A DNA stretch of 53,415 nt, the filler included, from Trypethelium eluteriae (lineage: Eukaryota), in NCBI GenBank assembly GCA_051942245.1. It is 3 parts of 3 records of this genome, joined end to end, with 100 filler letters (N's around TTAATTAATTAA, not from the genome) between each part and the next. Parts side by side here need not be neighbours in the genome. Positions count along the whole stretch, not along the records: positions 17,946 to 35,664 come from JAVECL010000582.1; positions 35,765 to 53,415 come from JAVECL010000584.1; 1 more part is not named here. The stretch is one strand, 5' to 3'. The notes beneath the pieces are model-generated. The model saw only the letters and a program-made list of their open reading frames with translations. It did no database searches and was not told where the DNA came from. The stretch's first letter is position 1. Each line of letters starts with the position of its first letter. This document shows positions 32,890 through 44,200 of this stretch, piece after piece. Position numbers and translations under genes: made by a program.

Positions 32890-35664
32890 ATGGACGATGA
32901 CGCCACCCAACCGTCAACGCAAGCCGTCTTCGATCCTCGCCGCGCAGGTCACAATACGTCCGGACTCAATGAAGCAGATGCAGCAGACGTGCTATGCATA
33001 CTTCATCCATGCTCTCAAGCTGCATTAGCAATTGTCTCAGAAACATATAAGCGCTCCCCGCAGCATGTACTCCAGTCAAGGAATAACGCCTTTGTGGATG
33101 ATTCCCAGTTGGATTCTCCGAGTGAACAAGAAACATTCATTCTCGATGAGCACAACGCGCCACTGGACCTTGCCTTGCGGCTCTCTTCCCACACCATGAA
33201 ACCTGCTTTGGGCTTCACCTTTGGCCGCAATCCGTTGAACAGCGACATTGTTCTCCATGTCGATAGCATGAGGCGTATTAGCAATCTGCATTTTCGCATA
33301 TACGTCAACGATTCGGGCGTACTTATGATTGAAGACACGTCCACAAATGGCACACTGGTTGACGATGTCCATCTTCGAAAGCGAGGGATTGGAAGGCAGA
33401 CGACACGAATGCTCCAGGCCAATTCCATCATACAAATTTTGTCGCCAGTGCAGGAGGATTGCATCAAATTCCTTGTACGAATTCCTCCTAGAGACGAGCA
33501 ATCACACCCGTTCATCGAGAACTTCCAGCGTTTCATGACCCGTGTGAAGTTAGCCGAGCAGGAAGCTGAAGCTAAACATGCTGGAGGGGAGCGGGCTGTG
33601 GCTGATGCGCATGACAAGCCGCATCGTGTTTCAAAGGAACAAGCCGCGTTGCAAGCTGCCTCTTCGATCAAACCCGCACTCGCACGCTCTCAATATGGCA
33701 TGAAATGGGACGGTGGTAACGACTACAATGTTGTCGGCCACTTGGGAAAAGGTGCGTTTGCTAATGTGTATAAGCTCGCCACCAATACGGATGGAAAATT
33801 TTTCGCTGCTAAAGAACTGGAGAAAAGGAGATTCATGAAGCGTGGCGTGCTGGACAAGCGAATCCAAAATGAAATGGAAATCATGCAAACCGTACGACAT
33901 CCGAACATTGTCCAATACGTCAATTATCATGATGTCAACAACCACCTTTACATCATCATGGAATTTGTCCCATGTGGTGATTTACAAGGATATTTGCAGG
34001 ATCATGGAGAACTTACGGAAGATCAAGGACAAGTGATGTCCCGACAGGTATTGGGTGCCCTAGCATATCTTCATGATCAGAAGATCACACATCGCGACAT
34101 TAAGCCTGATAACATCCTACTCTCCCGCGAAGATCCCTTCGAAGTCAAGCTTTCGGACTTTGGGCTCTCGAAAGTTGTCCACAATAACGACACTTTTCTC
34201 AAAACATTTTGCGGTACTCTATTGTATTGTGCCCCAGAAGTCTTTCCACATTACAGTAATCACGCAACTGTAATGGACCGAAAGCGTCGGCGTGGTGCAC
34301 GCCCGCAAGCAGAGGCGCATTCCTACAGCCAGTCAGTCGACACTTGGTCCTATGCTGCCGTACTATGGTTTTCGTTATGCAATCAACCGCCTTTCGAAGG
34401 AGTCGCTGATCAGACTGGCCTTGCCATGTTTAACAAGATCATGGAGACCCGATTAGACATCTCACCGCTCAAATTCAAAGGAATCTCGGATGCTGGCATA
34501 GACCTTTTAGTCAAAATGTTGAATACAGATCCTTCCCAGCGACCCTCTGAGCGACAATGCCTAACTCATCCATGGCTGGCCGATGGGTCTGTACTTCCCC
34601 CGGAACTAGAGGCGGGTTTAGGTGCCATTGAAGAAGAGGATGAAGGTGAACAAGCGGGACCTGCGCCTGATATGTCTCAGTTGAGCATCCGCGATCAAGT
34701 CCGTCATTTTGAGGTTCCTGAAGCTGAAGAAAGCGAGTTCGGCTTTGGCTCCCATGATCTTGACGACTTCCTGGATCCACGGCAATCAAAGCGGGCAAGA
34801 GATGACTTGTATGCATTTCGTGAGAAGCCTGATCTAGATTCAAGTCCTGAGGTATCCCTCAATTCTGAAGGCATTCTCCGTGAATCCAGTTCTCACAACG
34901 CCCCGACGTCGTCTGACCCCGCCAATGGGCCCAGGCTTTTTGGTGAGATCGGCCATTCGGCTCTCCAGAACTCGAATGCACTTGATGTCCGTACAAATGT
35001 TGCACTCGCCCTCAGTCGCGAGGAGGGATCCACGACAGATAACTCAGACATTAACGAACCCTCTCACGCTGTAAACGACAGGACACAAGAGGCCATGGAA
35101 AACGAGCTCTGGCTGCCTTCTGGCCTTCAATCAAGAAATGGGCAAGAAGGCATGCGGAAATTCAAGGTTGGGGGTGCTGGGAGCCTGCTAGGAGCGGAAT
35201 CTCTCGTGCGTGACTTACACATGGAGTCGCCACCTTCAGCCAATTCACCAGCTGCGGGAGAACCCTCCACGCCTAAGACGCCTGAGCATTATTCACACTC
35301 GACAACTCCAAACCACACCAAGAGTCCACATACGGAAGAAATTACTCCAAGACCTCCCCCATTTAATCGCCAGATCAGCATCCCTTTCTCCGCCTCGTTC
35401 TTCGACAACCAGCAGAATCTCGACGCGAACGTGTTTGAAGAGACAAGGCAAGCAGACGATCATTCCTTCGGTAGTTCACTTCATCTCGCTACGCACGCGT
35501 CATCATTTCCACGAATCATGGACAGTTTCGGAGACAGCGCAGCTGCAGACCGCGAGTCTACCTCATCCAACAAAAGCGGAAGTCCAGCAGGCCAACCGAA
35601 CGACCCCAACACCGACAGCACTCCCAAAGCCCAACGTCCTCCCACGACCGGCATCCCACCACCC
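32890..35664 (+). CDS. FHA-domain Ser/Thr checkpoint kinase, Rad53/Cds1/Chk2-like; 3' partial
   Basis: N-terminal TQ cluster (ATQPSTQ), FHA motifs FGRN..RISNLH..DTSTNGT, kinase motifs GKGAFA, AAKEL, HRDIKPDN, DFG, CAPE. Runs into the gap. Confidence 0.88.
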
Positions 35665-35764
35665 NNNNNNNNNNNNNNNNNNNNNNNNNNNNNNNNNNNN
35701 NNNNNNNNTTAATTAATTAANNNNNNNNNNNNNNNNNNNNNNNNNNNNNNNNNNNNNNNNNNNN
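35665..35764. other. Artificial contig-joining linker (N44-TTAATTAATTAA-N44)
   Basis: 100 nt with TTAATTAATTAA at 35709-35720, same as the first linker. Confidence 0.97.
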
Positions 35765-36523
35765 CCCGACACCAACTCCAAGCTGTCCTGGCTCCTCACC
35801 GTCCGCGGCACGGTGCACATCTCGCAATCCGACTTCTCGATTCTCTACCCCGGGCTCTGCAGCGCCCTGCTGAAAGCCACGGCGGACCCCAAGCGCGCAC
35901 TCGACCTCAACATCGACGCATCCCTCGAGTTCCTGCGCTTCACCATGCCCGCTCATCTGGTGTGGGCGACTCGTGCGGTGCGCGCCGAAGCGCGGAACGA
36001 GAAGCTGGATGGTGAGGGGTCGGGCGCGGGGGTGCTGGACACGCAGCTCTTGACTGAGGGGGAGTTGCCGGGACATCGTCGGCCCGAGGACAAGTTTCTG
36101 GCGCTGAGACTGAAGATCCGGAATGAGTTTTGGAAGCGGATGGTGTTTCCGCGGCCGGTCCGAAAGGCTAGGGATGAGTGGCGGCGGAACAAGGGGAAGG
36201 TGGCGTTGGAGGATGAGGTTTGGATGCATTTTAAGCCGACTGATGAGGATTTGAAGCGGTTTGGAGTTGACTATCGCGGGAGGGAGGAAGATTCTGTTGG
36301 CGAACCGGATGTGGAGATAGGGAGGGATGTAGAGAGGTCGAGGAGTGGTGGGCGGGAGAACGGCGGAGTCGATGTTCCAAGTATTTGGCCTTATGGGTCA
36401 GAGAGAACTGAGAAGGACGAGGTACCAATGGCTGAGGGGTCAAGTAAGGAAACGACATCGAGGCCGCAGGAAGATGCACATTACCATCAACAAGACTATG
36501 TGGAAAATAAAGGAAAGCAATGA
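35765..36523 (+). CDS. PAF-acetylhydrolase-family alpha/beta hydrolase, 3' part only
   Basis: The frame is open from the contig start. WLLTVRGTVHISQSDFSILYP resembles the catalytic-His motif (GxxHxxQSDF), followed by ALDLNIDASLEFL. Confidence 0.65.
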   Translation, partial: PDTNSKLSWLLTVRGTVHISQSDFSILYPGLCSALLKATADPKRALDLNIDASLEFLRFTMPAHLVWATRAVRAEARNEKLDGEGSGAGVLDTQLLTEGELPGHRRPEDKFLALRLKIRNEFWKRMVFPRPVRKARDEWRRNKGKVALEDEVWMHFKPTDEDLKRFGVDYRGREEDSVGEPDVEIGRDVERSRSGGRENGGVDVPSIWPYGSERTEKDEVPMAEGSSKETTSRPQEDAHYHQQDYVENKGKQ

Positions 36524-36718
36524 AAATTCCCTGCCCCCAAGCTGTCTATCGTGCTATATTTGACAATGCCCACCAATATATTATACCCCTCCCACATCCC
36601 TAGCGTACATCCGCCACATTCCTTGGACCCGCTCTCTCCTTTCTCCTCAATCTTCTCTGCGAATTCTCGCACCCGTACCCCTTCTCCAACCCCCTCTCCA
36701 ATCTCTTCTAACAAGCTC

Positions 36719-38320
36719 TTAATCCATCTCTCCGCCCATCACATCCTCCTCCACCACCGAATCCAGCACCCAGCAAACCCAACAGCCCACCACTCCCTCC
36801 CGTCCATCCCCCATCGGCACGCCATACAACCACTTCCCCACACTTCGCTCCTCGCCTTCGTCTTCACCTTGACCAACATGCCACCGCGTGCAGGCCGACG
36901 AGTTCGCAGCGGCCTGAGGGAGACGATACGGCGCGCGGAACATGACGTAAGCCCGAAACGGTTTCCCCGCGGCCATAGAATCGGAGATCGAATCGATGGT
37001 GGAGGAGGCAGTGTGCTGGAAGAGCATACTCGGCGTGAGCTGCAGACGGGGTGGGAGAGGCGAGGTCGGCGGAGGTGAGAATAGCGCAGGAGATGAGGGC
37101 GCAGTGTAGTATGCACTGGGCGGCGGAGAGAAGGGGCTCGACATGTCCGCACGTCGTGGGGATGAAGGTGGGAACGTGGCGTACTGTGTGCGGGTGCTAC
37201 TGGCTGGTGGTGATGTGGGAGTGCCTTCTCTTGGGGAAGAGATAACTTCGTCGATAGTTGGAAGACTGCTGTAGGTGTGGCTGGGCGAAGTCGGCGGTGG
37301 TGGAGATTTCTCTCTCTTATACAGAGATGGGCAGAGGTGGGTGACTTTGTACTCGAGAAAATTGTATTTGGGACTCGGATGACGGCGTAAAGGAAGAGTT
37401 GGTGGAGCAAGCAGCAAGTAAACCTCGTGAACAGTGCGAATCTCCTTTATCAGGCTGAGCAACGAAGTGACAGGCGACGTGGACAGTTCCGGAAACAGGA
37501 CCACTGTTGACGATGGAGGAAAGCCTTTTGGGCTAGAAACAGAGGACGACAAGGATGGTGGAAATATGTCTGTGCTTGCTGAACTTGTGGTCGAGAGCGA
37601 AGATGATGAATATGTGCTGGGTGAGGAAGGCAGCAAGGCCGATGCTGACCGCTCTTCTTCATCCTTCTTGGCTGCCTCCTGTATGATGAGATCTAGCCAG
37701 TGGACGTCTTCTGCAGATACCTCGAATTCAGTGATCGCGTTCCTCCTTCCCCTCACTTGTTCTGAGTTTGTTATAGTATCGTGAGGCTTGCCTGCATGCT
37801 CAATTGCAGCTTCTCTGATTGCGTCCGTAATATCTACAGAACACGCAAGGATCCAGACTTGCTTCCCTGTCTTCGCATCGATGAGGGATTTGATCAGTTG
37901 CAGCAAGAAATGTGGTCGGCCATCATCCCCCATATCCGTCAAAAGCGAGCTGTCCTCCTCACCTTCGCACACATGATTGAGGAATTGACAAGCTTCAGTT
38001 TGCAAACCGTTGGAGCTGAGCCGAAACCCCTGAGAGTAGAATTTCACAGGTCTCCCATGAGCGTGAGGGGAGCATAGAGCGAGGGATCTGAATAGGCGTG
38101 GGAATGAGAATTGCCGAGCGATATTTGGAGCAAAGTTCGTGGACCGGTGATCAAATTCCTCGTTTAGGTTCTGGCCTCTCGTGCCAAATTGCACAGCTGG
38201 CAGTTTGGCAAATTCCAGAGCCAGTCTATCCATTTCCGCCATCCACTGCTGGACTTGTATCTTCTGGAGCTTTTGCAGAGGATGTGTTATGCCACTCGCT
38301 CGGTGCCCTGTCGGAATCAT
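36719..38320 (-). CDS. Degenerate LOV/PAS-PAC protein with fungal RGS-LOV-type C-terminal domain; start uncertain
   Basis: FPRLFRSLALCSPHAHGRPVKFYSQGF..TEACQFLN..DDGRPHFLLQLIKSLIDAKTGKQVWILACSVDIT follows LOV/PAC order; C-terminal KWLYGVPM..GVVGCWVCWVLD. First ATG at 38320; frame open to 38401, so an upstream exon is possible. Confidence 0.6.
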   Translation of the reverse strand: MIPTGHRASGITHPLQKLQKIQVQQWMAEMDRLALEFAKLPAVQFGTRGQNLNEEFDHRSTNFAPNIARQFSFPRLFRSLALCSPHAHGRPVKFYSQGFRLSSNGLQTEACQFLNHVCEGEEDSSLLTDMGDDGRPHFLLQLIKSLIDAKTGKQVWILACSVDITDAIREAAIEHAGKPHDTITNSEQVRGRRNAITEFEVSAEDVHWLDLIIQEAAKKDEEERSASALLPSSPSTYSSSSLSTTSSASTDIFPPSLSSSVSSPKGFPPSSTVVLFPELSTSPVTSLLSLIKEIRTVHEVYLLLAPPTLPLRRHPSPKYNFLEYKVTHLCPSLYKREKSPPPPTSPSHTYSSLPTIDEVISSPREGTPTSPPASSTRTQYATFPPSSPRRADMSSPFSPPPSAYYTAPSSPALFSPPPTSPLPPRLQLTPSMLFQHTASSTIDSISDSMAAGKPFRAYVMFRAPYRLPQAAANSSACTRWHVGQGEDEGEERSVGKWLYGVPMGDGREGVVGCWVCWVLDSVVEEDVMGGEMD

Positions 38321-38942
38321 GAGCAAGTGATCTTGTTTCGGTGGTCCTGTCCAGAAGTAGTTTGCTCCAAGCGTCGTGTTGTCAACTACCAAAAAGGGTT
38401 CTTAAACACTGAAATCTGCTGTATAGAGAATTTGTAGTGGAATACCGGACTGAGGAGCAATTGGACGAATATGCAAAGTTGCTACAAGGTATGGAAGGAT
38501 GAGATTGCGAAGTAGGATGAGAGATTTTATAGAAGTAAATGCGACATGTCTTACAACAAGATTGCTCCCTGTCTCATATTATCTTTATCCATCATTGACC
38601 TTCATTGAGGGATGTCTCGGAAAAGCTATGCAGCCATCGTCTTTGTCCCAAAAGCAAACACCTGAAAGTGTGAGAGGACCATCCTCAAGAACCCGAAAGC
38701 CAAACGTCAGATCCCGAGCAAGAAAAAGCATCAAAGAATCTAGAAACAAGAATCGTGTCTATTTGCGTACGAGATGGTCTATACATCTTGCACGATGCAT
38801 CAGCATGACGATAACCACGTTGAACACAGCTTCTAATCAAACCAGAACCAAAATCAAATCGCTCAGAGTGTACGGAGTAGGCAGGGAAATTTGATTGAAG
38901 GGTCGCGCCAAGTACTCGAATATGTTGCAAGTGCGCTGCTCA

Positions 38943-40109
38943 TTAATCCAAGCTTTGGATTTGTACTTTAATGGCACCCGTTCTAGGGTTTGATGCAGTT
39001 TCGAAAGCCTTCACAGCTTCTTCGAGTTGGAATCGGTGCGTGACAAGCTTCTTCATGTCAATCACTCCACTTCTCACGAGGCGAATCGCGCGAGGCCATG
39101 TATTTGCATATCGATACTGGAAGATAAGATCAACCTCTTGCGTGTTCACTCTGGCAAATGGAATAGTCATATCGTCCTTGCCGACGCCGGTTACGAATAC
39201 CTTGCCGCCGAACTTCACGGCCCAGATTGCACCGGCGACACTACTCTGAACGCCAGTGCATTCCATTGCAACGGCCATTTTCTCACCATCAGCAGCAGCG
39301 ATGATTTTCTCTCCGGTTTGCTGAGGCGTGTCGGAAAATTCGACCTTGTGTGTTTTCACAGTTGGCACAAGTTCCTTTGCGAATTTTAATCTTCCCTCGT
39401 CAATGTCGGTAATGACAAGCGGCTCTGCCCCTGCCGCGCGGCAGCACAACAATGTCACTAGGCCAATGGGTCCAGCTCCGCAGACGACTACGGGATCCCC
39501 CAGCCGCACGTCGGCCCGTTGCATGGCTGAGAGCGCGACACTAAGAGGCTCCAGCAGTGACCCATCCTCGTAGCTCATATTTCCAATCTTGTGACACAAT
39601 ACAGCAGGATGGTTGACATAACGACGTAGGAGTCCAGGGACGGGAGGGGTAGAGAGGAACAAGACGCGCTCGCAGCCATTGTATCGACCGGTTAGGCATG
39701 GTTCACATTCATGACAGATGATGTTGGGCTCGATAGCTACGCGATCGCCAGGTTTGAGGGACTTGACTGAGGGATGTGCGGCCAGAACTTCACCCGCGGA
39801 CTCGTGGCCAAGAATGTGAGTATCCTCAACAACCATGGGACCTATACGGCCAGCGTGCCAGAAGTGTACATCAGAACTAGGGATTTGGGTCAACCAGCCG
39901 CCTTCAAAGATTCTCGTATCCGAAACTCACCCGCAGATTCCTGTACTCCTTATGGCGACGGTGACTTCGCCTTCCTTGAGACACTCGCCTTTTTGTACTG
40001 CCTCGAGTGTGGGCTGGGCATCTGCAACCCAAAGATCATGCTTTGGATTAGTGTACACGCCAATGTTTACCTTTGAGGGCTGTGTAACCGTCTGTGTGGC
40101 TGTAGCCAT
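38943..40109 (-). CDS. lad1: L-arabinitol 4-dehydrogenase (Zn-dependent MDR family); exons 40109-39931, 39876-38943
   Basis: [36 protein letters not shown], structural-Zn [36 protein letters not shown]. Intron 39930-39877. Confidence 0.92.
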
Positions 40110-40460
40110 TATGGCTTGTGTTGTCAATGAATTGAGGTAATGAGGGAGGAGAAGGAGACGAGTTGCGACAAGACGGAAACGGTGATGTGTGAAGAGGAGC
40201 AAAATTAAAGGCACTAACAAGTCTCTTTAAAAGGACCAGAACCCGTTTTAGGCCATGACGGTTTTAGCAATGTATGGGCTTCAACTTGCCGGGATCAGTT
40301 TGCTGGGAGAAGCACTAGTAGCAGTATTATCCAGACTATTCAGGGAAGCCGGAGCGACATGAAGCACCTCTTTGGGGGCATATCGACGCTCATTGGGCAC
40401 CAGACTTGATGGAGCAGACATTGTTGAGCAATTTTTCCGTCAACTGAGAGGGACCAATCG

Positions 40461-40531
40461 TCACTACGGCGGGGTTGTGGTTAAAACTTACCGCTCGGGA
40501 AAACCGTCCGGTCAAGTGCGTTCACTACGGC
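40461..40531. promoter_or_regulatory. CGG-containing direct repeat in the lad1 upstream region
   Basis: TCACTACGGC at 40461-40470 and 40522-40531, with GCGGGG (SYGGRG-type) overlapping the first copy and TTACCG between them. Confidence 0.4.
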
Positions 40532-41296
40532 CATAACCGGCGTCACCTATGCAGTACAGTACTGGCCCGATAGAGTCGAGCCTTTATCTCTGAGGTGTGG
40601 GATGAGATGGTGGGATGGAAGCCAATCGACTAATCATCAAGATGCCTGAGGCTTAGCTATAGCCTCGTGACTAGAATCGAGATATGCAGGTACGGAGCTC
40701 CCGGGAACGCATCCCTCGATTGGGACCTCAGGAGGAGATCTTTGGCGACAGATACTGCGAAATGCGTGTTGAGCGATTTCAAGCAGCCCTTCGAACAGAT
40801 AGGCACCTGCGCTGCAGAGAGAGGTAAATTGTTTGGGGTAGGACGGTGTCTTTAGGAGGTACAAGAGCTGTGGGCTGAGGATTAAGACAGGACAGTTATT
40901 CTGCCCGCTCACTCCGCCATAGGAGAAAATGTCCGGGAGCTTTATGTAAGCAAGATCTTACGAAAGCGCGTTAGCGCCATTCCGCGAGCCTCACAACCTT
41001 CGGCCCGATTTCCTTGGGACTCTCAGGTACTCAGTTGCCTCCCGCGTCGCATTTCACTCTCCACTCCCCTACGCCGCCTCGGAGACGGCTTCCTTGAGTC
41101 GCCTCAAAAGGGGAACCTCCTTTGCATTGTAACCGCGACCTCTTGCATTAGGGAAGAAACCCCGCGCGCCTCGGCGTCTGAGACTGAGGCGCGTCAAAGC
41201 CGCCGGTGCCTTCCTTCTCACCAGATCCGGTGCAGCTCGAGCGCAGCTCAACAATAATACAGTACTTCGTAAGGGAAACATCCAGGACAATACAGG

Positions 41297-44200
41297 ATGG
41301 ACGAATATGAAGATGGCTTTGGGCCGGACGATTATGAGGCAGAGGAGGGCACCGACATGGTTGCTGCCGATTTTTGGACGGCTATCGATTCGTTCTTCGA
41401 CTCCAAGGGGCTGGTGTCACAGCAACTAGACTCCTTCGACGAATTTGCCAGCTCTACCATGCAGGACTTGGTCACCGAAAATGGCCGCCTCATTCTGGAT
41501 CAAAATGCGCCCCAGTCAGACGACGACATGGACCCCATAGTGAAGAGGAGGTATGAGATTGAGTTTGGCAACATAACAATCTCACAAGCCGCCATAACAG
41601 AGGGTGATGGCAGCACCCGGCCTTTACTGCCGCACGAGGCCCGACTGCGGAACCTTACCTACTCGAGTCCCATTTACGTCGCGATGAAGAAGAGGGTCCT
41701 GGTTGCGCGCGAGCGCCCTATCGGCACAGCTGATGGAGAAGAGGCAGAGCTCAACATGGAAGATCATCGACAAGGCGCAACGGAGCTAGTATGGGAACGA
41801 GAAGATGAGCCTGAGCCAAATGATGAGGGGACCAGAGTCTTTATTGGAAAGCTTCCGGTTATGCTCAAGTCCAAGATCTGCGTTCTTAGAAACTTGCCGA
41901 ACGACAGGCTGTATGCCTTCCAGGAATGTCCGTTCGACCAGGGTGGTTACTTCGTGATCAACGGAAGTGAAAAAGTCCTCATTGCCCAGGAGCGAAGTGC
42001 TGCCAACATAGTTCAAGTCTTCCACAAGAAACAGAGCGCAACGCCTTATGTGGCCGAGATACGAAGCGCGCTGGAGAAAGGTTCGAGACTCATCAGCAGC
42101 ATGCAGGTTAAGCTCTACGGGAAGTCGACAGACATGCAAAATCTCATTGGCCAGAGTATTATGGCAACTCTTCCATACGTCAAAGCGGATGTTCCTGTGG
42201 GAATCATCTTCCGTGCACTCGGCATTGTTGCTGATGAGGACATCCTCAATCACATCATCTTCGACAAGAGCGATACACAGATGATGGAAAAATTGAGGCC
42301 GATTTTAAGTGACGCCTGGTCAATTCAAGACCGGGATATCGCTCTTGACTATATCGGGAAACGCTGTAATCAAAGTGGAACCCGAGAGAAGCGTATTCGT
42401 TATGCAAAGGACATCCTACAGAAGGAATTCTTACCCCATATCTCCCAGCAAGAAGGTAGTGAAACGCGAAAGGCTTTCTTCCTCGGCTATATGATCCATC
42501 GCCTTCTACAATGTGCCCTTGGAAGAAGAGAAGAAGATGATCGTGATCACTTCGGAAAGAAGCGCCTAGACCTTGCTGGGCCTCTTCTCGCTAGTCTTTT
42601 CAGGACTCTCTTTCAACGGTTAACTAAGGACGTATATCAGCACCTGCAAAAGGCCATCGAGACCAATAAGGAATTCAGCATCACGCTAGCTGTCAAATCA
42701 GTTCACATCACAAACGGTCTGCGGTACTCCCTATCTACAGGTAATTGGGGTGAACAGAGGAAGGCTATGTCGTCGAAGGCTGGCGTTTCTCAGGTCCTGA
42801 ATCGCTACACCTTTGCCTCGACTTTATCGCATCTGCGAAGAACGAATACTCCCATTGGACGTGATGGTAAAATTGCAAAGCCACGCCAGCTTCACAATAC
42901 CCACTGGGGCTTAGTCTGCCCAGCAGAGACACCCGAAGGCCAAGCTTGCGGCCTGGTCAAGAATCTGGCTCTTATGTGTTACGTTAGTGTTGGCACACCT
43001 AGCGAACCCATCGTCGAGTTTATGAATCAAAACAATATGGAGATTCTGGAAGAATATGACCCGATCCAATTCCCCAATGCCACGAAAATTTTCGTCAACG
43101 GCGTATGGGTTGGTGTATCTCGGGACCCTTCGAAATTAGTCAAGACCATTCAAGATGTACGTAGGAGAGGCATGATTTCCTTCGAAGTCAGTCTTGTGAG
43201 AGACGTCAGAGAGCGTGAATTCAAGATATTTACTGATGCTGGGCGTGTTATGCGACCCCTCTTTGTCATTGAAAACGACCCAAGGAGCCCCAACAGGGGA
43301 AACCTCGTCTATCAAAAGGATCCACACGTCTACAAATTAGAGGATGATGACCGGATCAGGAAAGATCCTACTCTAGATGACGAGCAAAAGGAATCCATGA
43401 TCTACGGCTGGCAAGGTCTTGTCCGGGACGGTGTGATTGAATATCTCGATGCAGAGGAAGAGGAGACCGCTATGATAATCATGTTCCCTGAAGATATTGC
43501 TACTCATCAGGCTATGCAAGCGGGACGCCCAGTTGGCTATGATGATGGACCGAAAGATCCTTTGGCTCGAGTTCAGGCCAAGCCAAATCCAAATGTCAAG
43601 ACTTTCACACATTGTGAGGTCCACCCTGCCATGATTTTGGGCATCTGTGCAAGCATCATTCCATTCCCAGACCACAACCAATCTCCAAGAAACACCTATC
43701 AATCGGCTATGGGTAAACAGGCAATGGGAGTCATGCTAACAAACTTCTCTTCACGGATGGATACTATGGTCAACGTTCTCTACTACCCGCAGAAGCCGCT
43801 CGCCACCACTCACTCGATGAAGTATCTGAATTTCCAGGAATTGCCAGCAGGCCAAAACGCCATAGTTGCTATTGCATGTTATTCTGGGTACAACCAAGAA
43901 GATTCCGTCATTATGAATCAGTCTTCAATCGATCGGGGTCTCTTCCGCAGTCTCTTCTATCGATCCTACACAGACCAAGAAAAACGTGTTGGCATGTCCG
44001 TGGTCGAGCAATTTGAGAAGCCTATGCGCAGTGACACCCTTCGCTTGAAACATGGCACTTACGACAAGCTTGATGAGGATGGTATCATCTCGCCTGGTGT
44101 GCGTGTCTCGGGTGAAGACATTATCATCGGCAAGACGGCCCCTATCGCACCAGATGCGGAAGAGCTTGGCCAACGCACCAAACTTCACATCAAACGTGAC

